From the IMG/VR virus record IMGVR_UViG_3300010361_000006: DNA of 45,489 nucleotides; one strand, written 5' to 3'. The position numbers and the translations under genes were made by a program. The stretch comes from a virus. The notes below the pieces were generated by a model. It worked only from the letters and a program-made list of their open reading frames with translations, was not told the origin of the DNA and did not search any database. This document shows, one piece after another, positions 25,359-33,511 of this stretch; within the stretch, counting starts at the first letter, position 1, and the number at the start of each line of letters is the position of its first letter.

Positions 25359-26354
25359 TCATCGAGCAGCAGGGGAACTTCCTCTTCGCTTGAGCCAAGA
25401 CCAGATGGCGAGGCTCCAGTCTTTAGCTCGCAGTCGCGTGATTTCTTCCCCGGCCCGTGCGTATTCCCCTGTCGCGACGCAGTCCCAGACACGACGGATG
25501 GGAATGGCCACACTCTGCCAGAATGGGTCTTTGAGGTCATGCCACTCTCCTTCAACAAAACGTTCACAGTCTAACATCCACCTCCCCACGGCACCACTAT
25601 TCACCATTGGAAAGGTAAGGATACCATTCGCCTCATACGGATCCAGCGGGTTCAGCCTATTGTCATACATGCCTGCTAGGCTGAATCCATCTACGTACAT
25701 GTGATAGTCATTGCTGAACTGATACATCCTGCCCTGATACACACCCACGGCATGCGCGATAAACTCATGGAGCATGCTCATGTGGACCGCGTTAGCGCCC
25801 AAGGCTCCCCAGATGAAGTCATTGCTCCTAGCCGTCACAGTCATGTCTAGGCAGTTGTCCCTCATAGAAAAGTAGATTTGGGTGTTGCACGGCACATCCT
25901 TCCCATCATAGTTTGTTAGACTGTCCCAGTTGGGACTGTACATCGTCATCACAGCACGGCGACTGTTACGGTACTTCTTAAAGTGCTCAACAATATCCGC
26001 AATCTGGTCAAAGCCAAAGCTATGAATCCATCGCCGGCCATATGCGCCGTGTAGACTCTCCCCGTCGTCACTGTACTTGCTTATTCCGTCATTGAACTGC
26101 TTCAGGAATGTGACGTCATTATGGCCCGCCATCATCCACAGACCTTCCATGAAGTGGAAGAATGGATTGGCGTCTCGATAGTAATTGAACAGCACACGCT
26201 CATTCGGCTTTTCATAGGTCGCACAGACCGGAGTAGGGCAGCGTAACACCTTCCCATTCCGGCTGGATTCTACACGGATGGTAGAATGATAGAAGTACTG
26301 AACCACTTGTGCATAGATGTGGTTCACGTTGCGACCTGAGATGTTTAATATCAT
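25359..26354 (-). CDS. Thymidylate synthase (ThyA) family enzyme, probable deoxypyrimidylate (dUMP) hydroxymethylase
   Basis: 331 aa. ThyA motifs present: FHFMEGLWMMAGHND, YGRRW, NSRRAVMTMYSP, catalytic Cys in VPCNTQIYF, ARSNDFIWGALGAN and SNDYHMYVD. The hydroxymethylase role is inferred from the neighbouring genes. Confidence 0.75.
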   Translation of the reverse strand: MILNISGRNVNHIYAQVVQYFYHSTIRVESSRNGKVLRCPTPVCATYEKPNERVLFNYYRDANPFFHFMEGLWMMAGHNDVTFLKQFNDGISKYSDDGESLHGAYGRRWIHSFGFDQIADIVEHFKKYRNSRRAVMTMYSPNWDSLTNYDGKDVPCNTQIYFSMRDNCLDMTVTARSNDFIWGALGANAVHMSMLHEFIAHAVGVYQGRMYQFSNDYHMYVDGFSLAGMYDNRLNPLDPYEANGILTFPMVNSGAVGRWMLDCERFVEGEWHDLKDPFWQSVAIPIRRVWDCVATGEYARAGEEITRLRAKDWSLAIWSWLKRRGSSPAAR

Positions 26355-27211
26355 GTTCTTTCCTCATGTGGAACATACATTTGCTTGGGCGCGGTGCCCT
26401 CATTGAACTTCACCCTACACCACTTGTCAAACTCACAGAGACAATTCTGCACGTCCTGCGCGTGGAGCTGCATCGCTGGTATCTGTGTCATCAACTCGTC
26501 CATCTCTGCCCGGAACTGTGCCACGCTAATCTGCTTTTCTATGGGCCTATTATGGAGCCGGTTCAGCCCACGGACTGATCCTGGCCCCGGCGCACACCAT
26601 GTCCACCAGTCGTCCGCTCCACGGAGCGCCACCGTATACTTCATATCTGCTATGATCTGGCCCGCCAGGAACGTGCTGATGCCCTTAGCTTGCGTAAGCA
26701 CCTCCTCCGCCTCAGCCAGCCGGCTGCACTGGCACAACTCTTCTTTATAGGTCCAGACCCGTCCCACGAGTAGGATGGTGAAGTTGATCTTGGACATCCC
26801 CTTACTCTCAGTGCCGGTGACCATGTAAGCACTGGTAAATGTCTTCTTCCCGGTAAGTTGACGTGCTTGAACTGTTCGGCGCACGTAATCTGCAACAGCA
26901 GCATCCCAACGTTCAACATACCCGATCTCGGCAAGCGTTTGAGGCCAGTTAATGATACGCGCCAACGTGACGTTGAGCCATAGGTAAGGATCCCCATCAT
27001 GGGGGTCACGGATATTTTCCTTAATCCATCTTGTGACCGTATCGTCCTCACGGTGAACGTTACAGAAGCGATATGTCTGTAGGATTTTATCTTCCGTCCA
27101 TGGTGGGGGCAGATGTTCAATATCCTTTGCGATGTGTATGCGGTGTCTCTCCAGTATCCAATACTTGAACGCATCCAACATCTCCTTGTTTAACCCATTA
27201 CTTTGGAGCAT
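26351..27211 (-). CDS. aGPT-Pplase family (alpha-glutamyl/putrescinyl-thymine pyrophosphorylase-like) DNA base hypermodification protein
   Basis: ATG 27211 is preceded by ggaggaaaaata. 286 aa. HLPPPWTEDKILQTYRFCNVHREDDTVTRWIKENI matches my recollection of the conserved N-terminal signature of this family (PPWT.D.IL..YRFcNV.RE.DrvT.W). This needs HMM confirmation. Confidence 0.6.
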   Translation of the reverse strand: MLQSNGLNKEMLDAFKYWILERHRIHIAKDIEHLPPPWTEDKILQTYRFCNVHREDDTVTRWIKENIRDPHDGDPYLWLNVTLARIINWPQTLAEIGYVERWDAAVADYVRRTVQARQLTGKKTFTSAYMVTGTESKGMSKINFTILLVGRVWTYKEELCQCSRLAEAEEVLTQAKGISTFLAGQIIADMKYTVALRGADDWWTWCAPGPGSVRGLNRLHNRPIEKQISVAQFRAEMDELMTQIPAMQLHAQDVQNCLCEFDKWCRVKFNEGTAPKQMYVPHEERT

Positions 27212-27512
27212 TATTTTTCCTCCAACGACGAACATATTGGTTTAATCCTTTCATGTGCATGCGTGCATGCTCTGCTAAGTTCATCTTTTCAAGATTATCA
27301 AAATCATTATTCTGTTTATTGTCATCCTTATGATGTACTAATGGATCATTGCCTTTCCAATGCTCACCTGTATTTTCCCACCAAACAAGTCTATGCTTGG
27401 TCACATAACGTGTACCAAAGACTGGATGATCTACAACTTTCACTTCAACATATCCAGATTTGGCATCGACATATTCATATCCAGCAGATACGCGCCATTT
27501 ATACTTGCCCAT
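27198..27512 (-). CDS. HNH homing endonuclease
   Basis: 104 aa. KHRLVWWENTGEHW..LVHHKDDNKQNNDFDNLEKMNLAEHARMH is an HNH_3-type motif. The gene is strikingly AT-rich: two 60-nt stretches I counted are 40% and 27% G+C, against about 50% in flanking genes. Confidence 0.85.
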   Translation of the reverse strand: MGKYKWRVSAGYEYVDAKSGYVEVKVVDHPVFGTRYVTKHRLVWWENTGEHWKGNDPLVHHKDDNKQNNDFDNLEKMNLAEHARMHMKGLNQYVRRWRKNNAPK

Positions 27513-28065
27513 ACAATGTCCTCACATCTTCGTAGGACTCCACTTTAACGGCGTTGCGGTGCAATTCATTCTGTAGTCTATCCCATAGCCGCCACATCGC
27601 GGCATCTTTGTCAATTATGTTAACGGGGTTGAGGGGACGAGTATCTCCACGGGCCAGCCTCCGCTCCTGGGTGCGACGGATACATTCCTCTATGGGCGTG
27701 GTCATGAAAGCGAATATGTGGTCGTCTCCCCACTGTTCGCTTACCTTACCCATCCGTCCATAGAAGCCGCTGGCAATCATGGATTCATAAAAGACATTAT
27801 AACCGGACGCCCCATAGTGGGCGATCAGGTTCACGCAAGTATCGCTGTCCAAAGCGTCTAGTCCCCCGCAGACTGTTGTGTATGGACCAAGGATCCATAG
27901 CGGGAACTCCCACCCCATGTCGCAGAGATATGCTTCCGGCTTGCGGCCATCACGCCTTACCTCCTTGACCTCTTTACTTTCTTCTAGGAACCTGCGAGCA
28001 ATCGTCGTCTTGCCACTGCCACAGGTGCCCATCAACTTGACTATCTTACGTTGGGGCATTACCAT
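27499..28065 (-). CDS. P-loop kinase (candidate 5-hydroxymethyl-dU DNA kinase or dNMP kinase)
   Basis: 188 aa. Walker A KLMGTCGSGKTTIARRF, with size and composition of a small nucleotide kinase. TAATG junction with the SNF2 gene. Confidence 0.6.
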   Translation of the reverse strand: MVMPQRKIVKLMGTCGSGKTTIARRFLEESKEVKEVRRDGRKPEAYLCDMGWEFPLWILGPYTTVCGGLDALDSDTCVNLIAHYGASGYNVFYESMIASGFYGRMGKVSEQWGDDHIFAFMTTPIEECIRRTQERRLARGDTRPLNPVNIIDKDAAMWRLWDRLQNELHRNAVKVESYEDVRTLYGQV

Positions 28066-29459
28066 TATAAAACTCCTTCATGTCTAAACCTACTCGTAGG
28101 AGGTTTTAGAGCGTTTTTTACATCGTCATCCGTAGCCTCCTTGGAGGCCAGCACATTCATCACTCTTTCGTCTAATGTGTCCCGAGCAATAATCCAGTGG
28201 AGGGTGACATGCTCCCCGGTGTTGCCTTGACGGTACACTCGTTTAAGGAACTGGTAGTACCACTCATAGTTCCACGTGATGCCGAACATGCAGACGTGAT
28301 GGCATGCGCACTGCAGATTAAGGCCGTGGCCCATACTAGCAGGATGGCCAATAAGATGAGGGATGATACCACGATTAAAGCTTTCATTGACGTACTCCAA
28401 TTCCTTGGTCGTAGTCAAGTTTACGGTTCGCGGAATTGTTCGCTCAATAGACTCCGCATCGAACTGAAACTCATACGCGGTGAGTAGTGGTTGGCCTTGG
28501 AGCTGCTCGACAAGATCAGCCAGTGCGCGGATCTTCTCGAAGTGAAGCGGACTGACCCGACGGTTAGCGTTGTCCCCCTCATAGTAAATGCTACCATTTG
28601 CGATTTGACGACACTTCCCTCCAACAACGGCAGCGTTTGGAGCAAAGACAGGCTCACCTCCCGCCAGAAGCGTAAAGAACTTTCGCTGCATTTCAACATA
28701 GTGACGGCGGGCAGCGGGAGGAAGGTCAACATAGATGCGATCATGTACCAGCTCCGGTAGGTCAATGAAGTCCTCTTCACTGAAGTGAATGAGTGTGTCC
28801 TTTAGCTTATCCTGTATCTCCTTTGCCGCACCGGGCATCAGCTCCAGACTATAGTTGTCAAATGGATCTTGACGGAAGTACATGGAGCGGTAGTGAGTGA
28901 TGAACTTACCCAACGCCTTCCCCATATCACAGATGTACACCTGACCAAAGAGGTCCTCATAGCCATTGGGCGCGGGCGTGCCGGTCAATATCACCCTCCG
29001 CTTGAACTGTGGGAGGAAAGGCTTCAACGCCTTGAACCGCTGCGTTTGTGTGTCCTTAAACTTCGTGGATTCATCCACAATGAGACAGTCAAATCCTTGT
29101 CCTGCCCACAGCTTCGGGTCTAAGATGATCTTTAGACTTTCTGGGTTGATCAGGTAAATCTGGTGGTTCTGCTTCAGCAGTGCAATGCGCTCCTTCGCCT
29201 CCAGCTCACACAGATTGCAGATATCAAGATGGTTGAAATCGTCCCACTTCTGGATCTCCAAAGGCCACACAAGCTTACAAACTCGTAACGGCGCGACTAC
29301 AAGTACCTTATGGATCTTGCCTGCCTTCAACAAGATATCTATAGCTGCCAGCGCAATAGATGTTTTCCCCATCCCGGGATCCAATATGATACCGGACCCA
29401 AAGTGCTCAATGACCCACTGGACGCCAACTACTTGATAGGGGTGAGGTTCCCAACGCAT
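28065..29459 (-). CDS. SNF2-family DNA helicase/translocase
   Basis: 464 aa. Motif I ILDPGMGKTSIALAAI, motif II CLIVDESTKFK, motif III VILTGTPAPNGYEDLF. C-terminal helicase lobe (..GHGLNLQ..). Confidence 0.85.
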   Translation of the reverse strand: MRWEPHPYQVVGVQWVIEHFGSGIILDPGMGKTSIALAAIDILLKAGKIHKVLVVAPLRVCKLVWPLEIQKWDDFNHLDICNLCELEAKERIALLKQNHQIYLINPESLKIILDPKLWAGQGFDCLIVDESTKFKDTQTQRFKALKPFLPQFKRRVILTGTPAPNGYEDLFGQVYICDMGKALGKFITHYRSMYFRQDPFDNYSLELMPGAAKEIQDKLKDTLIHFSEEDFIDLPELVHDRIYVDLPPAARRHYVEMQRKFFTLLAGGEPVFAPNAAVVGGKCRQIANGSIYYEGDNANRRVSPLHFEKIRALADLVEQLQGQPLLTAYEFQFDAESIERTIPRTVNLTTTKELEYVNESFNRGIIPHLIGHPASMGHGLNLQCACHHVCMFGITWNYEWYYQFLKRVYRQGNTGEHVTLHWIIARDTLDERVMNVLASKEATDDDVKNALKPPTSRFRHEGVL

Positions 29460-30217
29460 TCATATCTCCCGAGGACTGGAGCGGGTAGGAGTGATTGAAG
29501 CTCCGGCCAGCCGTCCAGCGCTTTCCTCTTATCCTCAATATCATCGCCAATCTGGTGCGTCTTTGTGATAAACGCACCCTTGATCATACATAAGACTGTT
29601 TCTGCCTCCTGCAGTGCGCAGTATCCTGCGCGATAACCCAACGGGATAGATTGTATGTGCGCAAGCACCGTCTCAAGCGCTTGTGATCGTGATAGGTCAG
29701 GGAACACATGGACAGCCGCTTCTTTCGGCTCCTTGGGTAGATACTGGCAGGCTTCATCCAGCGATAGCTCGATATCATGATCGAAAACCCTCGTCTGCAA
29801 GTCTAGTACTTTCCATATGAAATACTCCCCAAATCCACAGCCTCTAAACGGCCCCTTGGTAAAGAGATGGACTAGGCTGGTGTAGTTGCCCGCCACCATA
29901 CTCTCAAAGGCCGTGGCGGGGCTCTCTGTGGCTCCCCTAAGCCTCGCCATAGCGTTGCGGCCCTGTGCGCCCCGGTAATGCCTCCTTTCCGTCCCACGTT
30001 GGAGGTTGTCAAATTCGTACTCATACCTAGACCACGACCAGTGCTCTTCGGCAGCGCGGGCAGCGTCCCCTGCATGATAGAAGAGGAGGAAGTGGAGGCA
30101 GTATCGCTTCACCCATTCCTCTCCCTTGAGGGCGCGGGCATGGTACGCCATCTGGTACATGGGATCTAGATCGTTAGATTCAATCGTAACCGTCGCGAAT
30201 CTATGCCAGCTCTCCAC
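29429..30217 (-). CDS. Hypothetical helical protein; possible second glycosylase-fold hypermodification transferase (aGPT-Pplase clade 2/3-like)
   Basis: The ORF extends to ATG 30289, a 124-nt overlap with VRR-NUC. GTG 30217 and ATG 30160 are alternative starts. DLDPMYQMAYHARALKGEEWVKRYCLHFLLFYHAGDAARAAE and an all-helical composition. The assignment rests on context and vague resemblance only. Confidence 0.35.
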   Translation of the reverse strand: MESWHRFATVTIESNDLDPMYQMAYHARALKGEEWVKRYCLHFLLFYHAGDAARAAEEHWSWSRYEYEFDNLQRGTERRHYRGAQGRNAMARLRGATESPATAFESMVAGNYTSLVHLFTKGPFRGCGFGEYFIWKVLDLQTRVFDHDIELSLDEACQYLPKEPKEAAVHVFPDLSRSQALETVLAHIQSIPLGYRAGYCALQEAETVLCMIKGAFITKTHQIGDDIEDKRKALDGWPELQSLLPAPVLGRYECVGNLTPIK

Positions 30218-30498
30218 TCGCTCAACGCTGCTATCGCCTCCTCCGCGTTGTCCGTCCACATGGCCTTGAATCCCTGTTCCTTCAACCATTTGATCCTCCA
30301 GAATTGTAGAGTGGTGGGCTTTTCCCCGGGTCGCTTGAATTCAATGAAGAATACCTGACCGAAATAGAGGAACTCCACATCCGGCCAGCCCCGGTTACCT
30401 CTAAGGGTGAGCTTGAAGCTTTCCATCCCCCATTGAGCGTGCGCATGCTCGCGCACATTGTTTTCTGTCTTACTTTCCAAATCGGTCGCCAAGTTCAC
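30166..30498 (-). CDS. VRR-NUC domain nuclease
   Basis: 110 aa. GWPDVEFLYFGQVFFIEFKRPGEKPTTLQ carries the D..ExK PD-(D/E)XK core typical of VRR-NUC. Confidence 0.75.
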   Translation of the reverse strand: MNLATDLESKTENNVREHAHAQWGMESFKLTLRGNRGWPDVEFLYFGQVFFIEFKRPGEKPTTLQFWRIKWLKEQGFKAMWTDNAEEAIAALSEWRAGIDSRRLRLNLTI

Positions 30499-31177
30499 AT
30501 GGACCTCCCTGTGAAGCTTTGTAAGGACAAAACCGGCACGCGTTACGGCTCGGTGTCGGTAGGAATTCAGTCGCTGTCAAAATCTCATTTGCCAATTTCG
30601 TCCAAGGGGTCGCGTAGTGGTCAAACATCTCTGGCATGTAACTCATGGAGTGCCCAAGACGGCCACCCTCGTCGATGTACCACGCGGCTACATCTACTCG
30701 CTTTACGTCTTTGTATCGCTTCATTCCCATCAGGGCGTAGATTTGGAGTTGTTCTTCGTGTTCCGGGTACCTCTTTCCTGACTTAAGGTCAACAATGTTG
30801 AGGACATCACCATCCATTTTATGGAGATCGATAATAGCTTTTCCCCAAGCCAGAGACTCATCCTGGACAGGAGACCAAGAAGCGTCCATAAGCCAAATCT
30901 CTTCACTCTTCCACCCGTTGAGTCGCATTCGTTCTAGTTCCGGGCCGAGGGGAATCATCTCCTTGCAGAGCTGGACAGGATCCTCCGGCGTCTGCTTGAT
31001 ATAGTCCTCAGCGTTCTTATGGAGGCGCGTCCCGCGTTGCGCCGCTGGTCCCGGCACATGCACCTCTCCTGTTCTAGTGATGTTATCAAACATATACTCC
31101 AGAGGACAGTCCTTGTACGTGCTGATGGCCGAGTAGCTCCATCGGGTCGGCCGTGAGTTCGTGGTAGTTGCGTCCAT
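30470..31177 (-). CDS. PD-(D/E)XK exonuclease, Cas4/RecB-like with Cys4 cluster
   Basis: WSYSAISTYKDCPLEYMF, IIDLHKMDGDVLNIVDLKSGKRY, and C-terminal CRFCPYKASQGGPC. ATG 31177 is the first plausible start, and it still overlaps the polymerase gene by 92 nt. Confidence 0.8.
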   Translation of the reverse strand: MDATTTNSRPTRWSYSAISTYKDCPLEYMFDNITRTGEVHVPGPAAQRGTRLHKNAEDYIKQTPEDPVQLCKEMIPLGPELERMRLNGWKSEEIWLMDASWSPVQDESLAWGKAIIDLHKMDGDVLNIVDLKSGKRYPEHEEQLQIYALMGMKRYKDVKRVDVAAWYIDEGGRLGHSMSYMPEMFDHYATPWTKLANEILTATEFLPTPSRNACRFCPYKASQGGPCELGDRFGK

Positions 31178-32921
31178 AGCCAATATCCACCCTAAAGGGA
31201 ACATCAAACCCCGCCATGTCTTCCATGGCGGACCTGATTACCTTAGTTTCGTACAGGATACTGTCTACGGGAACGTTGAATACGTTTTCGTCATGCACCG
31301 TCATAAGAAACTCCCCCGCATGGGGGGAGTCATGGTAACGGATGAGGGATTCCTTGGTTTGGTCTGCAGCCGAACCTTGGATAAGATAGTTAACCAGCTT
31401 GTAGTTAAATGAGCACCAACGTCCGTTGATTATCTTAGAAGGCTCAACGGGTATCGTTCGCCCACCGGATGTTCGTACGTAATCCCGGGAGGACACTTCG
31501 TCGATGAATTCCCTGAGTCCGTACATGGAGTTGAAGTAGGCTTCTCGTATGGTATAGGCCGTGGCGTAATCAACGGCAAGTCCGTGGGAGAGGGATCTGG
31601 TGCCTTCTCCATAGACGAGGCCGAAACCAACTGCTTTAGTTGCTCTTCTCTCAAGCCGTAGACCGGATTCTGTAGAGACAATTCCAGCAGCCACTTGGTG
31701 GAGGTCTGCTTCTGGGTCATCAAGGTAGATCTGCTGAAGTCGTCCTTCGGCAAAGTGGGCAAGTAGTCGCATTTCTTGGGATTTGTAATCTGCCGCGACA
31801 AGTAGGCATCCATCTTCCGCGAGGATATATTGCCGCATTGGAGGCAATGGAGGATAACCTGCCGGAGGGTTTCCTTGGAGTACATCTGGGATATTTTGAA
31901 AGTTAGGATCGCTGCATGATAGCCTCCCCGTGCGTGTTCCATAGTCATCCCCACGCACGGCATTCCAACTCGGGTGAACGCGTCCATCGCGCGCAGACAG
32001 TCGAAGCCATCCCCGCATGAAAGTTCCAAGTAGAGTCTTAAGTTGTCCTCGGTAAGCGAGCAATCCAACAAGATGATCATTTTTGACTCCAATGAGAAGA
32101 TTTTCACGGGACGTAGAGAGCTTACCCGTGGGGGTGCGGGGCCATTCCTCCTCCACTCCCAGCCCTGCGGCCAGTATAGCCGCTGTCAGCTCAGGACCGC
32201 TATCCAGGTTGACACTAATACCACAATGCAGAATAGAGCGGATATCATCGTCCAGACGGATATATACGGATTCGTAATATTCTGTGTCTCTAGCAAGGCG
32301 AGCACGATCAATACGCACACCGCGACGCTCAGCGGCAGCAAGGATAGGGGAAAGTAGAAGCTCGCGCACATAGGCTGCCTCCATCCGCTGACCCAATATT
32401 TCTGGGTACAGCCTATCATACAGTTTACGAGTACGGACGACGTCGCCTATGGCGTAGCGGCCTACAAGGTCGCCTGGACACAGGCATATCTTATCGCCCC
32501 AATGCTTGCAGTTCCACGCGATCAGCTTCTGTGCCCGCAACCATTCGCCTAGGGCATCTTGCTCATCAGGAGGAATCCCAAGAATGCGTTCGCTACTAGG
32601 CTTAAGAGATACAGAATCTGCGTGGGGGTCGTGAAGGTAGATAAGGAACTGCGTATCATCAATACGATTTGGGTAATCAAAGCCAAAGTGACTAGATGCA
32701 ACGCCAATGTCAAACTTTGCGTGGTGAAACAGACCATGATCCCACACCTCCGCAAGACGGCGGCGACCATCCTCCCACGTGCTGTTATTGTTCGTGGGAT
32801 GGCCCCACGCAAGATATTCAGGAGATTTGCCCTCCTCCCATATGGCCACGCCAACGGGGGAGGGTGATAGACCGCTTCCAAACTGAATTGCCTGAGTTTC
32901 AAAATCACATGTTGTAATCAC
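31086..32921 (-). CDS. DNA polymerase I (family A) with 3-prime-5-prime exonuclease domain
   Basis: 611 aa. Exo I TCDFETQAI, motif A VAADYKSQEMRLLAHF, motif B RRATKAVGFGLVYGEG, motif C LMTVHDENVF. Confidence 0.92.
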   Translation of the reverse strand: MITTCDFETQAIQFGSGLSPSPVGVAIWEEGKSPEYLAWGHPTNNNSTWEDGRRRLAEVWDHGLFHHAKFDIGVASSHFGFDYPNRIDDTQFLIYLHDPHADSVSLKPSSERILGIPPDEQDALGEWLRAQKLIAWNCKHWGDKICLCPGDLVGRYAIGDVVRTRKLYDRLYPEILGQRMEAAYVRELLLSPILAAAERRGVRIDRARLARDTEYYESVYIRLDDDIRSILHCGISVNLDSGPELTAAILAAGLGVEEEWPRTPTGKLSTSRENLLIGVKNDHLVGLLAYRGQLKTLLGTFMRGWLRLSARDGRVHPSWNAVRGDDYGTRTGRLSCSDPNFQNIPDVLQGNPPAGYPPLPPMRQYILAEDGCLLVAADYKSQEMRLLAHFAEGRLQQIYLDDPEADLHQVAAGIVSTESGLRLERRATKAVGFGLVYGEGTRSLSHGLAVDYATAYTIREAYFNSMYGLREFIDEVSSRDYVRTSGGRTIPVEPSKIINGRWCSFNYKLVNYLIQGSAADQTKESLIRYHDSPHAGEFLMTVHDENVFNVPVDSILYETKVIRSAMEDMAGFDVPFRVDIGYGRNYHELTADPMELLGHQHVQGLSSGVYV

Positions 32922-33457
32922 TTTGAGCCTCCTTTTGCTGCAATGTTTTTTCTACGAGTCTCCCATCCTTTTAGAGTTGCTTTATGTGTACTGCCGGTTG
33001 CTTTTCTTGTTTCGGCAGATCTAGCAGCAGCTATGAGATCCATTCCACTAATTTTTCTAGATTCTGCTCCTCTTCTAATAGCATCCAACATCTTTTCTCT
33101 ATCTGTAATCCATCGTTTTCGTGAGGCTTCTCCGATTTTTCTACAGCGTTCAGGGTCTTGCAGAACTTCAAGCTTGTGGGCAGCTTCTAATGCGAGCTTG
33201 ACATTCTTAAAACACGAATGCCTTCCTTTCTGTACAGCATCATCTACATTGTCCTTCCACGTGCCTAGGAAGTGATGACTGTCTTCGATGCAAAGAGGAT
33301 TGTCACATGTGTGACATACTGCCAAGGTAGAATTATTGATAAGACCATGCCTGAGCTGATAAACTTGCCTAGATGGTCCAGCTGGATGTATTAAGCATCC
33401 GCCAATTCTTTCAGCTTCAGCTTCATACTGTTGAACGGTCTTTTTGGTGGTGTGCAT
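32918..33457 (-). CDS. HNH homing endonuclease
   Basis: 179 aa. VCHTCDNPLCIEDSHHFLGTWKDNVDDAVQKGRH is an HNH-type motif, followed by a basic helical C-terminal region. AT-richer than the adjacent polymerase gene. ATGA junction with the pol start. Confidence 0.8.
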   Translation of the reverse strand: MHTTKKTVQQYEAEAERIGGCLIHPAGPSRQVYQLRHGLINNSTLAVCHTCDNPLCIEDSHHFLGTWKDNVDDAVQKGRHSCFKNVKLALEAAHKLEVLQDPERCRKIGEASRKRWITDREKMLDAIRRGAESRKISGMDLIAAARSAETRKATGSTHKATLKGWETRRKNIAAKGGSK

Positions 33458-33511
33458 GTTCCTGTCCTCTTAGGAGAGTACGCGATACGAGGTACAGGAA
33501 CAACTGCTAGG

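Noticed and set aside
25359-26354. Calling the ThyA-family gene a plain thymidylate synthase
   Set aside because: This is not excluded. However, the adjacent aGPT-Pplase-like, P-loop kinase and HD genes make a hydroxymethylase role more coherent. I kept the family-level call and flagged the function as inference.
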